From Candidatus Omnitrophota bacterium (GTDB lineage Bacteria > Omnitrophota > Gorgyraeia > 2-01-FULL-45-10), in assembly GCA_041663425.1 (NCBI GenBank), contig JBAYMS010000002.1, forward strand, positions 2,076 through 66,075: a DNA stretch of 64,000 bases, written 5' to 3'. Under the pieces are notes generated by a model. The model had not been told where the DNA came from. It saw nothing but the letters and a program-made list of their open reading frames with translations, and did not search any database. Below, in pieces: positions 9,201-18,898 of the stretch; position 1 is the first letter of the stretch; each line of letters begins with the position of its first letter. The translations under genes and the position numbers were made by a program.

Positions 9201-9661
9201 AGGCATATGTAAAATTGCTGCAGGCTAGAACCTCGGGCCAGGACAATGTGAGGCTGAGGCCTTTTTCAAGCGAACAGGGCTCCGCGGAGTCTCTTATAGC
9301 TGTTTATTGTACCGGTAAGAATTTTAAAGGAGAAGGTCATGTTGACGTATCAATACCGGATGGCGATTTAAAAGATTACTTATTAAGAATTACAGGCATG
9401 GTGAATATCGCCGTCGCATCATCCAATATACCAGATGATTTATCAAGAGAAGATATCGATAAATACAGGCCCATACTTAGCTACATAAACAATCAGTATA
9501 AAGCAATACTGGGTGAATCTCTAGCTATCCCTGAGTCTCCTGAGGATATTTTAAAAGTTATAAGAAGGATCGTGCTAGGGTTGCCTAAATCATTGCGTTC
9601 CGATTTCAGCCATATAGAGGAATATAATAGGCTTGCCAAACAAGCCCTCGCCGCAGCATAA
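6263..9661 (+). CDS. Large secreted alpha-helical repeat protein (HEAT/TPR-like degenerate repeats), function unknown
   Basis: 1132 aa; N-terminal signal peptide (MSKRKVFLSITACILVSVFSF); a repeated unit of about 35-40 aa rich in A/I/K/E (e.g. SKLAIIASRIAEDAEFINKAIAIVKSI, PGYLATEIAGIASKMAKAGLVSEARVEF); no catalytic motif recognised. Confidence 0.6.
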   Translation: MSKRKVFLSITACILVSVFSFNTCCYGLATAPASQNSIVRREVLAALERTNIRIAKSAEELRLLSANDDAAALLLSSGKKLISGNIFDNDLKLLRAIWHEEIEAILQIMAKEDRSKYQGMKELVLNYFPPVKNNKLPVELYVNHNIALAFEWMLMEYAGIPIDNEISPEEEGFLKAIRPIIMSNKTSYFTSEFWDPGLRREKIRRAINDGMVFYQTADSRGDEKQIKHFFTLRDALLGQLSAAAGIAFDAGINMDPAKRTDWIKRVIKCSASVPADSYLRGQFLFYLASGIVKHADILQNPEELLRETIKAAGASTSYYSRDDVLYRIALYACEQKRFVEEALMAVGLTGNEHDISLYEKSKVPVKIFIQPYCYGDLENRIKKILTDTLHEADESEYTAYAVYAISSIGSVMAERKELVEEAQGAFKLAVKKANLSKGSERVMLLGHIASIMYSYEELRRSGRGLFDFAVSEAHKIKDANEREVGLSYLAYYMAKHKDLIGEAESIAVSLKSKTWHDSALEKIILEMVENKDLIDRAIALANSIEDIDSRESKLAIIASRIAEDAEFINKAIAIVKSINRGIFSRNGAVSKIIPNALQDRSSIFEVMELIKLIRDDDAKKVEALRHFATAVAGYSDLIAEEKALLRAAAEIADSMSDNISSAKAITYIASGMAQQKNLENEAKVLFDKAFSKAQLIEGPWFKAPVLRVIASEMVKHAYLRDQAEAVLMMAIDSADSGREIDGREDLGENAESRSVALYEIGFKMADFLKDEGADRIQGFLEDATQGAISTNGGVRAADKFKRRIRKKMDELNGEPGYLATEIAGIASKMAKAGLVSEARVEFEHAIDIVRKNAEDLERSYRSEGRKIDWLDTGDDEFLEENNPWRLLNEIAVKMGRCEAFKEEAIELARTIDDPFQRKIALKMLGERGLVEADKLDIAYDTNFTTILTMDLAYAQFQDDRVYEIKYDKSRLSLSQVAIIEAYVKLLQARTSGQDNVRLRPFSSEQGSAESLIAVYCTGKNFKGEGHVDVSIPDGDLKDYLLRITGMVNIAVASSNIPDDLSREDIDKYRPILSYINNQYKAILGESLAIPESPEDILKVIRRIVLGLPKSLRSDFSHIEEYNRLAKQALAAA

Positions 9662-9690
9662 TAGGCTATTTTTAAAAAGCCCGAATTTTC

Positions 9691-9719
9691 TTGATAATCC
9701 ATATATTCAGACCTATAAT
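9691..9719 (+). promoter_or_regulatory. Near-consensus sigma70 promoter upstream of guaB
   Basis: TTGATA (9691-9696), 17-nt spacer, TATAAT (9714-9719). Confidence 0.4.
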
Positions 9720-9796
9720 ATCTACTTATAGGAACATATAGGTTTCCAGTAGTGGCATATTAGACGGGTCCTTAGTTTCTAAAATTTGGAAGGCTT

Positions 9797-11314
9797 ATGA
9801 GACAAGAAAAAAGAAAATTTGTTGCTAAACGTGATGCTTTTTTTAAAAAGATCAGTGATCAGGGCATTGCCCTTACTTATGACGATGTGCGGTTGACGAC
9901 CGGATATTCTGCAACTTTACCGGATAGCGTTAATGTCGAATCGAAGTTCTCGAGAAATGTAGGGCTAAAGATCCCTGTCGTCAGTGCAGCCATGGATACT
10001 GTAACTGAGGCCGAAATGGCGATCGAGATCGCTAAGCTCGGCGGTATTGGGGTTATCCATAAGAACTTCAGTGCGCAGGAGCAGGCTTCCCAAGTTGCTA
10101 AAGTTAAATTTCATCTCAATGGACTGATAGAAAAGCCGATATGTTTTGATGAGAATGTTTTAATCGGCGAGATACTTGCATATAAAAAAGAACGGGATTT
10201 TACTTTTCATTCCTTCCTGATCACCGACAGCAAAAATCGTCTGGTTGGAATATTAACCAAGAACGATTTTGATTTCTGCGAAGATCACTCCCTGAGCGCA
10301 AAACAGATAATGACAAAGAAAGTTATTGCCGGTAACCCGGGTATTGGTTTGCGTGAAGCATACCGGGTCATGAAAGAAAGTAAGAAGAAAGTGCTTCCGC
10401 TGATAGATAAGGATGGGAAGATCGTCGGCTTGTATACCTTCAGCGATGTTAAACGAATTCTGTTCGGCGATTCTAAGTCTTTCAATGTTGATAAAAGCGG
10501 CCGTTTAAGGGTAGCCGCCGCTGTTGGGGTGTATGACGATGCTCTGGAGCGCGTGGAAAAACTTATCAGTGAAAAAATTGATCTGGTGGTAATTGATACT
10601 GCACACGGTGATTCCAAAGGCGTCATTGATACCCTTAAACTGCTTAAGAAACAATATGATATCGATGTCTTGGTAGGGAATATTTCTGAACCTGAATCCG
10701 CCCAGCGGCTATGCAGGGCAGGTGCCGATGGGCTGAAAGTCGGGCAGGGCCCGGGATCTATCTGCACTACCCGCGTTATCGCAGGTATTGGCAAACCGCA
10801 GGTCAGTGCGATTTATGAATGTGCTAAAGTGGCCTCGAAATTTGGCGTTCCTGTTTGCGCAGACGGGGGGCTGAAGTTTTCAGGCGATATTCCTATCGCC
10901 ATTGGCGCAGGGGCGCACTCAGTAATGATGGGCAATATGCTTGCTGGTACTAAAGAAAGCCCAGGCGAATTCAGATTTCATCAGGGAGTGCAGTATAAGG
11001 TGTATCGCGGCATGGGATCATTGGGTGCTATGGAAAGCAATAAAGGTTCCCGCGAACGGTATAATCAGGGTAAAAGTGACCTGGTGCCCGAAGGCATGGA
11101 AGGTATGGTGCCATATAAAGGACCCCTTAAAGAAGTTATCTCTCAATATGTTGGCGGCTTAAGGCGCGGGATGGGCTACGTAGGCGCAAAGAATATTGAA
11201 GAATTGCGGACTATTGCGCAGTTCGTGAGGATTACGGAATCGGGCAAAGCAGAGTCGCATCCGCACGATATAATTATAACGCGAGAAGCGCCGAACTATC
11301 AGGAACGGCCATAA
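9797..11314 (+). CDS. guaB: Inosine-5'-monophosphate dehydrogenase with CBS pair
   Basis: Catalytic loop [27 protein letters not shown] region; 505 aa. Confidence 0.9.
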   Translation: MRQEKRKFVAKRDAFFKKISDQGIALTYDDVRLTTGYSATLPDSVNVESKFSRNVGLKIPVVSAAMDTVTEAEMAIEIAKLGGIGVIHKNFSAQEQASQVAKVKFHLNGLIEKPICFDENVLIGEILAYKKERDFTFHSFLITDSKNRLVGILTKNDFDFCEDHSLSAKQIMTKKVIAGNPGIGLREAYRVMKESKKKVLPLIDKDGKIVGLYTFSDVKRILFGDSKSFNVDKSGRLRVAAAVGVYDDALERVEKLISEKIDLVVIDTAHGDSKGVIDTLKLLKKQYDIDVLVGNISEPESAQRLCRAGADGLKVGQGPGSICTTRVIAGIGKPQVSAIYECAKVASKFGVPVCADGGLKFSGDIPIAIGAGAHSVMMGNMLAGTKESPGEFRFHQGVQYKVYRGMGSLGAMESNKGSRERYNQGKSDLVPEGMEGMVPYKGPLKEVISQYVGGLRRGMGYVGAKNIEELRTIAQFVRITESGKAESHPHDIIITREAPNYQERP

Positions 11315-11347
11315 TAAATATCTATATAAACAGGGTAATTGCTACTA

Positions 11348-14035
11348 CTATTCATTTGTCGGATGGGTTTTAATCTGGAAAACTAAAGTATCTTTCGGTT
11401 TGACAGAAACGGAAAGAATCGCGCGAGATTTGTAGATAGTAAGATAACGGTTAGTGTTAGTTGTACGCTCTAAAGCATTTAGGATATCCGCAGTAATTCC
11501 TAACCTCGGTAAATCAAACGTAATAAGGCCTTTCTGAGTAACGTCAGTATCATTTCTTAAAGTATAGTAAAGGCTTGTGTCGGCATAGCCATAGCGTTCT
11601 AGTTTTATAGAAGGGTTTGAAATTGTGGCATACGGGATTGGCTCCCAGCCGGCCTTTGCAATATCTTTTATAATCGGAATATATTTTTTGAAAAGATTGC
11701 GGTCGCGCTCATAAAGTAGCTGGCCATTCTCATCGACACAGGACCAGTATTGAGTAGGTATAATTGTGTCTGTTGAATCGACAGCTGTTGATGCAGCGCT
11801 GGAAATGGCAGGGAAAATTCCGTAGAACATCGAAGTTTTCATATAGGATTCTATTTCTTCTGAAGGGATTATTGACGAACGCCATCTGCAAGTCAATAGC
11901 GTGGAATTAGGTTTTTGATAGCTTAGAGTCCGCCTTAAAGACAGCTTCCAGTCAGATTCAGCCTCCGGCACCTCACTTCCCAGGACGTCAAGACGATGTG
12001 CGTAAAATATATAGGCAAAAGGGGTGATGTTGCCCATCAAAAGTTTTGGCTCAGCCAAACTATGGAAATCATCAGAAACCTTTTTTATATATTCATATTG
12101 AGAGAAAATTCCCAAAATGACAGGTTTTTTATCGGAGTAATTAAAAACTAAGGGATATTCAGCGAATTCCCAATGTTCCTGCCTGCGATTTTCAAGCTGC
12201 CCCCACAGATAATCCGTGACCGAATCGAGAAAAATCCCATCCAGGTGAGGCTTCGTTTGTTCACCGCGATCGCCATTAGTTTCAAAACCGGGATTTTGTA
12301 TGAGATTATCTGATGAGCCTTTTTCAATAAGGCTGACGTCATCAAACCACACTGTCCCGTTTCCGTTATATATTCTCCCATAGATAAGAACTTTAGTTGT
12401 GGAAGGATTTGTGGTGAATGTTTTGCTGCACAAAGTCCATTCCGAATTTATAGTTGCAGGATATATAATATAGTGACACTTGTTTTCTCCGTTTGCATCT
12501 AATTCAAATAAGTGTAATGCCAGAGTGTCTGGCTTTGATGAGCTTCCCTGTGTTTTTATATATCCGGAAAAAGTATATTCTTTGTCAGCCGATACATTGA
12601 TATAGGCGCTTTTCCATGAACCGGATATTGCCGTTGCGCCGCTGGGTATGCCGATCTTTGCGGAATACGAACCAGAGTGCGACGCAGTATTATCCCTGGA
12701 GCATTCTTCTGAATCGAACTTCCAGTTATCTATAAAACCTCCCGCTGCATTGTCGCGATACAAGTATTCTTGCTGACTTATATCGTATCTATTTGGTCCG
12801 GGGATATGCGGACTAGGGTTTGTGGGAAAATTCTGGTAATATCCGTTCCAATAATGCCAGAAATAATCAGGTAGGGTATTTAGGTGCATATCCCCATCCG
12901 TATTGTAAGGAGCAGACTTATCAACAGCCCGTGCCACATCGCCGATAGTGATTCCAGGTATTTTTTTCCAAAAAGTTTCTTCATTCCCCATATCGTTGGT
13001 TAAATCGTCCTTTTTTGTAGCATAAGATGGCTCTTCACTTTCACCATACCATCTCCACCAGCCCCACGGTTCGTTATAAGCAAAAGAATATATGTCATGT
13101 AGGCTATTAAACTGAAGATCTGTTCCTGCCGGATCAAACGCAAATCCGAATTCTTCAACGTGCGGGATGTTAATAACTTTGTTGTCCTGAACCATCCATA
13201 AGCCTTCGTTTGTTACCCGTTTTTTGAAATAGTCGGGGTATATTTTGTAGTATTTTTTAACAGCGCCTCTAAATCCCCAGCTTGGTTCATCATTTTTGTA
13301 GATAATAAATTTAAAAGATGCGTGCCCCGCTTTTAATAGCTTAGTAGTTTGGCTAGATAAAGCAAGATCGTATTGAATAGCATAACCGGTGGAGGTGCTA
13401 TAACTGGTCCTGTAAATTCTTGGCTCATCCATTGGTACGGCGATGGCAATACCCCTGTCCTCAGTGCTTATAGAAGAAAAGGGGTATATGTTTTGGGCTG
13501 CCGTCGAGCCTATTTTATGATTATATTTATAAGTATTGTTATCGTTAATATTTATAGAAGATCTTATATAATATCCCCACTTCCAGCCTTTGGCATTTAT
13601 TGGCAGGGAAAATGTTAACTGTAAAGCCCTGTCGTCATTTCTTAAATTCTGGATGTCGCCGGTTATTTCTATATAATTATTGTGAGGTATATAGTTAAAA
13701 ACAAAACTTAGGTCGGATTTCCAGGCTTTCTGGGTTATAGAGTTATCTTGATTTTGATATACATTGCCATAAAGAGGGGTGGAATAACTGCTGTCGTCAG
13801 ACATGTCTTTAACGGAGAATATGCCTGTTAAGTCTTTTATTTTTAATGTGGGAAGGGGAGATGCGTTAAGCCTTACCTCGGAAATTTTAGAACCGTTAAA
13901 GTGAAGGGATAATCCATCGGCGGAAGATACTTCATATTCGGGGGGTTCCTCTGCAAGAAGTAGAATACCCCAGCCCTGGACAACTGATAAGAAAAGAGTT
14001 AAGATAAAAATTGCTATTATTCGCATGGATTTCAC
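11348..14035 (-). CDS. Large secreted protein with CBM4/9-like carbohydrate-binding modules (putative glycan-active enzyme/binding protein)
   Basis: 895 aa; signal peptide MKSMRIIAIFILTLFLSVVQG; W/Y-rich; the segment from NWKFDSEE... to ...GTVWFDDVSLIE resembles the CBM4/9 (NGGFE...W.DD.S) beta-sandwich pattern; a second NPGFETNGD start follows. Confidence 0.55.
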   Translation of the reverse strand: MKSMRIIAIFILTLFLSVVQGWGILLLAEEPPEYEVSSADGLSLHFNGSKISEVRLNASPLPTLKIKDLTGIFSVKDMSDDSSYSTPLYGNVYQNQDNSITQKAWKSDLSFVFNYIPHNNYIEITGDIQNLRNDDRALQLTFSLPINAKGWKWGYYIRSSININDNNTYKYNHKIGSTAAQNIYPFSSISTEDRGIAIAVPMDEPRIYRTSYSTSTGYAIQYDLALSSQTTKLLKAGHASFKFIIYKNDEPSWGFRGAVKKYYKIYPDYFKKRVTNEGLWMVQDNKVINIPHVEEFGFAFDPAGTDLQFNSLHDIYSFAYNEPWGWWRWYGESEEPSYATKKDDLTNDMGNEETFWKKIPGITIGDVARAVDKSAPYNTDGDMHLNTLPDYFWHYWNGYYQNFPTNPSPHIPGPNRYDISQQEYLYRDNAAGGFIDNWKFDSEECSRDNTASHSGSYSAKIGIPSGATAISGSWKSAYINVSADKEYTFSGYIKTQGSSSKPDTLALHLFELDANGENKCHYIIYPATINSEWTLCSKTFTTNPSTTKVLIYGRIYNGNGTVWFDDVSLIEKGSSDNLIQNPGFETNGDRGEQTKPHLDGIFLDSVTDYLWGQLENRRQEHWEFAEYPLVFNYSDKKPVILGIFSQYEYIKKVSDDFHSLAEPKLLMGNITPFAYIFYAHRLDVLGSEVPEAESDWKLSLRRTLSYQKPNSTLLTCRWRSSIIPSEEIESYMKTSMFYGIFPAISSAASTAVDSTDTIIPTQYWSCVDENGQLLYERDRNLFKKYIPIIKDIAKAGWEPIPYATISNPSIKLERYGYADTSLYYTLRNDTDVTQKGLITFDLPRLGITADILNALERTTNTNRYLTIYKSRAILSVSVKPKDTLVFQIKTHPTNE

Positions 14036-14355
14036 TCGCTTCTTTTATCATAGCTGTTTTTAGCAGGTTAATAGAAACTCGATAAAAGGTATAAAAAGTG
14101 AAGAAAACAATATATATAATAGCAAACTTTATCATTATCTAACATTATACCATACAATAGTTAGATTGTCAATGCCTTGAAAAAATAACCATTGTAATAG
14201 AATATATATAAGTGCAATAAAAAAAGTTGATAGTTTAAAAAAATGTGTTAAACTTATATTATATGACAAATAAAAGGAGGTCATTGGTTAGAGTCTTACT
14301 CTCTTCATAGGAGCATCTAGTTCGCAAAGGACGAAGTGCCGGTCATTTTACAACT

Positions 14356-15822
14356 ATGATAAAGGAGGGTAATATGTTATTTAAGAATAAAGTTCTGATA
14401 ATAGGATACGGATCAGTTGCGCGCTGCGTTCTACCCATTCTTCTTAAACATGTTTCAATACCTTGCAAAAATATCACAGTAATTGATTTTACGGATAAGC
14501 GAAAAGAGCTTTCATGCTGGATCAGGCGTGGCGTGAATTTTTCGCAGGCAAAGATCACCCCCATCAATATCTCCCAGATTCTCTCGGAGCATGTCTCTCC
14601 CGGCGGCATGATAATCGACTTGTCGTGGAATATAGATTGTATTGAAATACTTAACTGGTGCCATGATAATAAAGTTTTATATATCAATACATCGGTCGAG
14701 CAGTGGGATCCTTATGCAGATATTCATAGTAAAAACCCTTTTCAGAAGTCCCTTTACTACCGTCAGAAAGAGATACAGAAGATGACGTCCCGGTGGAAAA
14801 GCCCTGCCACAACGGCGGTATTGGATCATGGGGCTAATCCCGGGCTTATTTCGCATTTTACAAAGAAGGGTCTGGCTGATATAGCGCAAAAATTACTTAA
14901 CGAGAATAATCTTTTACCTAAAATGAAGCGTAAGATCAGAGAATGCCTTAAAGCGAAAATATTTTCCCATTTAGCAAGAGAACTGGGCGTTAAGGTTATA
15001 CATATAAGTGAGCACGATACGCAGATCACAGATAGACCCAAAAAATATAATGAGTTTGTAGGAACGTGGAGCATCGAAGGTTTGCGCGAGGAGGGGATAG
15101 CCCCTGCAGAAATGGGGTGGGGGACTCATGAAACAGAGATCCCATTGTTCTCGACATTCCCACCTTCAAATAGTAAGAGCCAGATATTTTTATCGCAGAT
15201 GGGAATGAACACGTGGGTCCGGTCATGGGTTCCCAATGAAGAAATAATCGGGATGGTGATACGCCATGCGGAAGCTATAAGTATCTCCGATCATCTGACG
15301 GTCAGGGAAAAAGGGAAAGTAGTTTATTGCCCTACGGTGCATTATGCGTATATGCCCTGCAATGAAACGATAGCATCTCTTTATGAGCTTAGATGCAGGA
15401 ATTATGATCTTCAGAAGAAGCTTAGGATCATGAACGACGAGATTACTGAAGGCGATGATATCCTGGGAGCCCTGATCATGGGGCATAGGTATAGCTCCTG
15501 GTGGACGGGTAGTGTGCTCAACATACATGAGTCGCGCAAACTTGTCCCGCATCAGAATGCGACGACTATACAGGTAGCTATAGGTGCGGTATCGGCAATC
15601 GTATGGATGCTGGAAAACCCGCAAAAAGGGGTATGTATGCCGGACGATCTTCCGTATGAATATATCCTGGACATAGCGAAACCATATCTGGGGCAGCTCG
15701 TATCAGTGCCGTCGGACTGGACGCCGCTTAAAAATTATCAGATATTTTTTAAGGAGAATCCTAATCTGTGCCTTGATAAGAAGAACGTCTGGTCATTTAA
15801 TAATTTCTTGTTCTGTGATTAG
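14356..15822 (+). CDS. Saccharopine-dehydrogenase-family NAD-binding protein, homospermidine-synthase-like
   Basis: N-terminal Rossmann KVLIIGYGSVARCVLPILLKH; 488 aa, matching the HSS size class; no closer assignment is possible from sequence alone. Confidence 0.5.
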   Translation: MIKEGNMLFKNKVLIIGYGSVARCVLPILLKHVSIPCKNITVIDFTDKRKELSCWIRRGVNFSQAKITPINISQILSEHVSPGGMIIDLSWNIDCIEILNWCHDNKVLYINTSVEQWDPYADIHSKNPFQKSLYYRQKEIQKMTSRWKSPATTAVLDHGANPGLISHFTKKGLADIAQKLLNENNLLPKMKRKIRECLKAKIFSHLARELGVKVIHISEHDTQITDRPKKYNEFVGTWSIEGLREEGIAPAEMGWGTHETEIPLFSTFPPSNSKSQIFLSQMGMNTWVRSWVPNEEIIGMVIRHAEAISISDHLTVREKGKVVYCPTVHYAYMPCNETIASLYELRCRNYDLQKKLRIMNDEITEGDDILGALIMGHRYSSWWTGSVLNIHESRKLVPHQNATTIQVAIGAVSAIVWMLENPQKGVCMPDDLPYEYILDIAKPYLGQLVSVPSDWTPLKNYQIFFKENPNLCLDKKNVWSFNNFLFCD

Positions 15823-15868
15823 TGAAGAGCTCTTGCAAAATTAAAAAATGAATGATATAGTTGTGATA

Positions 15869-15882
15869 TGAATATAAATTCA
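15869..15882. promoter_or_regulatory. Palindromic operator-like site TGAAT-N4-ATTCA upstream of the tetR-family gene
   Basis: TGAATATAAATTCA; the same TGAAT-N4-ATTCA architecture recurs at 16629-16642. Confidence 0.35.
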
Positions 15883-15914
15883 TATACTGAAAAAAATTCA
15901 GACGGAGGAGCTAT

Positions 15915-16532
15915 ATGGTTATGATGGATAGGAAGGAAAGGGATAAACAGTTGCGCAAGGCAGATATTCTGAGAGCGGCCGAGAACGTATTTGCATCCAA
16001 AGGGTATCACGAAGCTACAATACAGGATATTGCCAAACAAGCCCAGTATGGCACCGGCACAGTTTATCTTTATTTTAAAGATAAGAATGCTCTTTATTTT
16101 TCCCTTCTCGAAGAAAAAATTCAAAGTCTTATAAATAACGCAAAAGAGAAGACGGAGCAGGCAAAGGATGCTAAAAAGAAGCTTGAGATCTTTATCCGGG
16201 AAAGCCTGGTTTTCTTTGAGCAGAATCAGAGTTTCTTCCGTATATATATGCTGGAAAAAAATAGCATTCAGCTAATAGTCAGTAAAAAAGTTACAGAATC
16301 CTTCAGTGTGCTAGAACATGCCACGGAATATGTTGAAAAGCTTATCAAGCATGCGCAGGAGGAGAACGTTATTAAGAAAAATTACAGCCCTTCAGAATTG
16401 GCCGACATACTGGCTTCTATCATGGGCTCTATGATCTTAAACTGGACGAAATCGGATCTGAGAAAAGTAGGCAGCCTGAAAGATAAGACCGGTTTTATTT
16501 TTGATATGTTTTTGAATGGCGCAGGGAAGTAG
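15915..16532 (+). CDS. TetR/AcrR family transcriptional regulator
   Basis: N-terminal HTH ILRAAENVFASKGYHEATIQDIAKQAQYGTGTVYLYFKDK; 205 aa. Confidence 0.85.
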   Translation: MVMMDRKERDKQLRKADILRAAENVFASKGYHEATIQDIAKQAQYGTGTVYLYFKDKNALYFSLLEEKIQSLINNAKEKTEQAKDAKKKLEIFIRESLVFFEQNQSFFRIYMLEKNSIQLIVSKKVTESFSVLEHATEYVEKLIKHAQEENVIKKNYSPSELADILASIMGSMILNWTKSDLRKVGSLKDKTGFIFDMFLNGAGK

Positions 16533-16592
16533 AGCCTTAAAACTATCATTTACCTCGCGTTATAATCCCGCAAAAATAAAGTCAAAATAATA

Positions 16593-16642
16593 TTGACAAC
16601 ACTCTAAGTGAATGGTATGATTTATTTATGAATTACAATTCA
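16593..16642 (+). promoter_or_regulatory. Sigma70 promoter (TTGACA-17-TATGAT) with an overlapping TGAATTACAATTCA palindrome upstream of the efflux operon
   Basis: TTGACA 16593-16598, TATGAT 16616-16621, palindrome 16629-16642 immediately downstream of the -10. Confidence 0.4.
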
Positions 16643-16688
16643 AATAATGATTAAAAATTCAAACAAATTGCGGTAAAGGAGCAGGGCT

Positions 16689-18038
16689 ATGTCGTTTTGG
16701 AAAAAAGTGTTATTAAATTTTATTGTTTTTGTAGTTAGCTTTCCGCTATGTGTTTATGGCGCGGAGGCTGCCGCCAGTGTTGGAGAAAAGGGTGGAAGGC
16801 TGCTTACCATACCGGAGGGAATCTCAATTGTGCTTAAAGACAGCCGTCTGATAAAGATAGAGACATTCGGCAAGGATATGTCATTCGATGACACTCTTAT
16901 CGCACTGTCTCCTCTATTGCCGCATCTGAGCGCTAATATAGGTAAGACATATCAGCGATACACTCCTACGATGATGTTCGGCAGTATGGCTGTACCTATG
17001 GGCGACCAGAATCCGGTATCGGGCGGTATCGATATCTATCAGACCCTTTTTGATTTTGGCAGGAGTATTTCAAATTATAAAGCATCTACTGAAATGCTCA
17101 ATGCCCGCAAAGCGAGCGTAGAAAGTGTAAAGCGGACGGTAACTCTGGAATTCGTGGTTTCTTATTTTGACCTATTAGAGACAGAGAAGATGATAGATGT
17201 CGCAAAGAAAGAAGTGGACAGTCTTACCTCTTATCTTAATGATATGCAGCATCTCTATGAGCAGGGCGTTATAGTAGAGAACGATCTTTTGCCGGCAAAA
17301 GTAAAGCTTGCAGATGCCAGACAGAAACTTATAGCTTCAGGCAACAGGAGGGAAATAGTTGCGGCCGGAATAAATACTATGCTTACCATGCCGCTTACGG
17401 AGGACGTAACTACCAGGGATGTTAACACGCAGATGCCGGCGCTGCCTGAGCTGACTGATGCCTGGAGCTCTGCTGAGGCTAAAAGGCCGGAGATATTATT
17501 TTTTAATAAGCAGATAAAATCTTCCGCTTTAAGGGAACAGGCCAGAACAGTCCAGAATCTTCCGACGGTTTTTGTCGACGGAGGATATGCGTATACACAG
17601 AATCAATACATGGTTCATGAGGACAATGCGTATGTTAAGTTTGGCGCGAAGATGGATCTGTATGACGGCGGCGCGACTGGTGCAGAGATTATGAAAGAGC
17701 GCTCTCTGAATAAGCAGCTTCAGGAGCAGAGAAATAAAATAGTAGAAGATATCCGCTACGAAGTTAAGCGCAGTTTCTTAGGGCTGAAAGATGCTATTGA
17801 AAAATTGGAGGTAGCGAAGGGTGCTCTCCGGCAGGCTGAGGAGAATCTGCGGTTTTATCGTGTTAAATATAATAACGGTGTTGCTACCTCAACAGATGTT
17901 CTTGAAGCCATTAACCTTCAGACAAAAGCCGAGACCAATTATTATAGCGCGGAGTATGAGCTAAAACGTTGTTATGCGAAGCTTGTGTATTCAATGGGGG
18001 ACGATTTAGTGTCAATTTACAATGAAACGGAGAAATAA
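16689..18038 (+). CDS. TolC-like outer membrane efflux protein
   Basis: 449 aa; signal peptide; two-repeat coiled-coil/beta-barrel OEP architecture; first gene of the efflux operon. Confidence 0.8.
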   Translation: MSFWKKVLLNFIVFVVSFPLCVYGAEAAASVGEKGGRLLTIPEGISIVLKDSRLIKIETFGKDMSFDDTLIALSPLLPHLSANIGKTYQRYTPTMMFGSMAVPMGDQNPVSGGIDIYQTLFDFGRSISNYKASTEMLNARKASVESVKRTVTLEFVVSYFDLLETEKMIDVAKKEVDSLTSYLNDMQHLYEQGVIVENDLLPAKVKLADARQKLIASGNRREIVAAGINTMLTMPLTEDVTTRDVNTQMPALPELTDAWSSAEAKRPEILFFNKQIKSSALREQARTVQNLPTVFVDGGYAYTQNQYMVHEDNAYVKFGAKMDLYDGGATGAEIMKERSLNKQLQEQRNKIVEDIRYEVKRSFLGLKDAIEKLEVAKGALRQAEENLRFYRVKYNNGVATSTDVLEAINLQTKAETNYYSAEYELKRCYAKLVYSMGDDLVSIYNETEK

Positions 18039-18040
18039 TC

Positions 18041-18898
18041 ATGGCACATAAAAAAAATAAGAAAATGGTCGGGGTCGCTGCCGTTACAACATTGATCTGC
18101 GGTATATTTTTAGCACGTTACATGATCAGCAATTTTGGATGCGTTAGCACGGATGACGCTTATGTTGAGGGCAGGATACATGCCATAGCTTCAAAGATAC
18201 CCGGGACCGTTAAGCTTGTTAACGTTACGGACAATCAAATTGTTAAAGAGGGCGATGTTCTTATCGAGATTGATCCGGTTGATTACGAGCTGAAAGCCGC
18301 AGAAGCTAAAGCCGGTTTGGAAATAAGAAAGGCGGCGCTTGAACAGGCGGGACGCGATAAAGACCGTGCGGAAGTTCTTTATAACGAAAAAGTGTTTCCA
18401 AAAGAACGTTATGAGAACGCACTCACTGCATTTAATCTGGCAAAGGCCCAGACCGATACTGCCGAGGCACAGTTTAATATTGCCCAAAAAAATCTGGAGT
18501 ATACGAAGATATATGCTCCCTCAGACGGGCACATAACCAAGAAATCGGTTGAGACAGGCAACCAGATACAGCCGACACAGGCTCTTATGGCTGTTGTTCC
18601 GAATGATATGTGGGTAGTGGCTAATTTTAAAGAGACGGAATTGGCCGATATGCGTCCCGGGCAGATTGTGGAAATCAAGATAGATAGTTATCCGGGAAAA
18701 ATATTTGAGGGTCACGTGGATAGCGTCCAGCGTGGAACCGGAGCTAAGTTCAGCATGTTTCCTCCCGAGAACGCTTCGGGCAATTTTGTGAAAGTCGTCC
18801 AGCGCATACCTGTTAAGATCATGTTTGATAAAGGCCAGGATGAAAAATATCCGCTGAGCATAGGGATGTCTGCCGTTCCAAAAGTTAAGGTGCGTTAA
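18041..18898 (+). CDS. HlyD/EmrA-type membrane fusion protein
   Basis: N-terminal TM anchor, lipoyl/beta-barrel motifs (VEGRIHAIASKIPGTVKLVNV, DGHITKK); 285 aa. Confidence 0.8.
   Translation: MAHKKNKKMVGVAAVTTLICGIFLARYMISNFGCVSTDDAYVEGRIHAIASKIPGTVKLVNVTDNQIVKEGDVLIEIDPVDYELKAAEAKAGLEIRKAALEQAGRDKDRAEVLYNEKVFPKERYENALTAFNLAKAQTDTAEAQFNIAQKNLEYTKIYAPSDGHITKKSVETGNQIQPTQALMAVVPNDMWVVANFKETELADMRPGQIVEIKIDSYPGKIFEGHVDSVQRGTGAKFSMFPPENASGNFVKVVQRIPVKIMFDKGQDEKYPLSIGMSAVPKVKVR

Noticed and set aside
14282-14340. Possible 8-codon uORF after a strong AAAGGAGG upstream of the HSS-like gene
   Set aside because: It is too short and unconserved to call. It is more likely a second or alternative SD in the divergent promoter region.
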